Below are positions 61,925-64,000 of a stretch of 64,000 nucleotides of DNA, piece by piece; positions within the stretch are counted from its first letter, which is position 1; each line of letters begins with the position of its first letter. Location: assembly GCF_044704955.1 (NCBI RefSeq), contig NC_091989.1:173972001-174036000 (forward strand). Direction: 5' to 3'. Under the pieces are notes generated by a model. That model was not told where the DNA came from and made no database searches. It was given only the letters and a program-made list of their open reading frames with translations. A program made the translations under genes and the position numbers. This DNA comes from Pristiophorus japonicus. Its lineage: Eukaryota.

Positions 61925-63655
61925 ATGGGAGGTCGAGGCCCATCAAAAGGCCGCGTAGTTCGGGAGGAGCCAGCTGGTACAGGGTCAAAAAATAAAAAAA
62001 AAATCGAAATCAAAGTGTGAAGTCACAGCCAAGCAGATACGTGATTGGCTGGCAGATTGGTGAGTATTTTTCTTTTTCTTTTCTGTAGGAAACCTTTGGC
62101 ATTGTTGTGAGTAGGATCTGCCAGTAAATATATGTGATCTTTATTATCTAAGGAGCGGCAGTTAATTAAATCGGCTGTTTGCTGAGTAGCGGCTGGGTGT
62201 GTTGTGCTAAGGTTTAGAGTTTAATTCTGCATGATAGTTCTGAGTGTAACTAGAGGGATGGCAGGGCAGCTCAGTCCTGTGGATTGCACATCCTGTGGCA
62301 TGTGGGAAGTCCCAGTTGCTTCGCGCAGCTGGGGTGACCATGTGTGCAGGAGGTGTCTCCAGCTGCACCAACTCGAGCTCCGTGTTTTGGAGCTTGAGCT
62401 GCAGCTAGGGTCACTGCGGTGCATCCGTGAGACTGGGAGCTACGTGGATAGCACGTCTCTCGAGGTGGTCACCCCATAGCTTAAGAGTGTGCAGGCAGGT
62501 AGGGTTTGGGTGACCCCTAGACAGAAGAGGAGGACTAGGCAGGTAGCGCAGGAGTCCACTGAGCCCATCTTGCTCTACAACCGGTATTCTGTTCTGAGTA
62601 CCGGTGAGGGCGATGGTGGCTCTGGGGAGTGTAGCCAGAGCCAAGTCCACGGCACCAACGGGTGGCTTAGCTGCACAGGGGTGGAGGAAAAAGAATGGAA
62701 GAGCTATAGTGGTAGGGGATTCAATAGTCAGGGGAGCAGACAGGCATTTCTGCGGCCGCAGACGTGACTCCAGGATGGTATGTTGCCTTCCTGGGCCAGG
62801 GTCAAGGATGTCACTGAGCGGCTGCAGGGCATTCTGGGGGGAGAGGTTGAACAGCCAGAGGTCGTGGTCCATATCGGTACCAACGACATAGGTAGGAAGA
62901 GGGATGAGGTCCTGCAGGCAGAGTTTAGGGAGCAAGGAGAGAGATTAAAAAGCAGGACCTCAAAGGTAGTAATCTCCGGATTACTCTCAGTGCCACGAGC
63001 TAGTGAGTACAGAAATAGGAGGATAGAGCAGATGAATACATGGCTGGAGAGATGGTGCAGGCGGGAGGGCTTTGGTATCCTGAGGCATTGGGACTGCTTC
63101 TGGGGGAGGTGGGACCTGTACAGGCCGGACGGGTTGCACCTCAACAGAGCCGGGACCAATATCCTCACGGGGGGGGGGGGGGGGGGGGGGGTGGGAGGGT
63201 GGGATTTGCTAGTGTTGTTGGGGAGGGTTTAAACTTGATTGGCAGGGGGATGGGAACCTGAAAAAAGATTCAGTAGGGAGGGGAGAAAAGTTGGAATTGG
63301 AAAGCAAAAATAAAGAAATTGAGTTTGAAGGAGAGAGGAAACAAGCAGGAAAAAAGGGTAAAAAAAAAATTAAAGGCACTTTGTCTAAATGTAGCATTTG
63401 TAACAAAATAGATGAGTTAACTGCACAAATTGAGACAAATGGGTATGATCTGATAGCCATTACATAGATGTGGTTGCAAGGTGACCAGGACTGGGAATTA
63501 AATATTCAGGGGTATTTGACAATCCGGCAGGACAGACAGAAAGGAAAATAAGGTGGGGTAGCTCTATTGATAAAGGATGGAATCACTGCAATAGTGAGAA
63601 ATGATATTGGCTCAAATGATAAGGATGTTGGAACAGTTTGGGTGGAGATAAGGAA
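61925..63655 (+). mobile_element. CR1 LINE 5' end: 5' UTR, ORF1 (zinc finger/leucine zipper + SGNH esterase), start of APE endonuclease
   Basis: CTSC..HVCRRC; VGDSIVRG, HIGTND and DGLHL esterase blocks; YDLIAIT..W..GD endonuclease start. Confidence 0.88.
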
Positions 63656-64000
63656 TGTACAGTGCCTTGATGAGGCTACACCTGGAATATTGTGTTCAGT
63701 TTTGGTCCCCGAATCTGAGGAAGGACGTTCTTGCTATTGAGGGAGTACAGCGAAGGTTCAGCAGATTGATTCCCGGGATGGCAGGACTGACATATGAGGA
63801 GAGTTCGGATCAACTGGGCTTGTATCCACTGGAGTTTAGAAGAATGAGAGGGTATCTCATAGAAACATATAAAATTCTGATGGGATTGGACAGGTTAGAG
63901 CCAGGAAGAATGTTCCCGTTGCTGGGGAGTTCCAGAACCAGGGGTCACAGTCTAAGAATAAGGGGTAAGCCATTTAGGACCGAGATGAGGAGAAACGTCT
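63656..64000 (+). mobile_element. CR1 3' region, truncated by window end
   Basis: HLEYCVQFWSPNLRKD. Confidence 0.8.

Noticed and set aside
1-64000. CRISPR arrays, rRNA or prokaryotic systems
   Set aside because: None seen; the sequence is intron-containing vertebrate DNA

Overview
Repeat-dense vertebrate genomic DNA. The repeat repertoire (Deu-domain SINEs, CR1/L2/RTE LINEs, palindromic MITEs) points to a shark or other elasmobranch; the species cannot be determined from the sequence. Three genes were reconstructed by hand in the human 16q23 order. ATMIN (minus strand) is present only as coding exon 1 and its promoter. CENPN (minus strand) is complete, with 10 coding exons, 1035 nt and 344 aa. 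CMC2 (plus strand) is complete, with 3 coding exons and 75 aa (twin CX9C). Most of the remainder is transposon debris, including a 3.4-kb Gypsy-type LTR element that retains only gag and protease. The most unusual object is a 328-bp TSD-flanked retroposon in ATMIN intron 1 built from U2 and U1 snRNA pieces (U2 5'-U1-U1-U2 3'-U2 5'-tail). Its hairpins are preserved, while its splice-site, branch-point and Sm-binding motifs are all altered or missing. Other notable items are a hammerhead-ribozyme core in a Penelope-like repeat, a twin-priming-type inversion in an RTE-tailed element, CTCF-like motifs in LTRs, a triple-nested insertion, and separated CENPN and CMC2 promoters. All homologies are from memory, not database searches; repeat boundaries are approximate unless TSDs are given.
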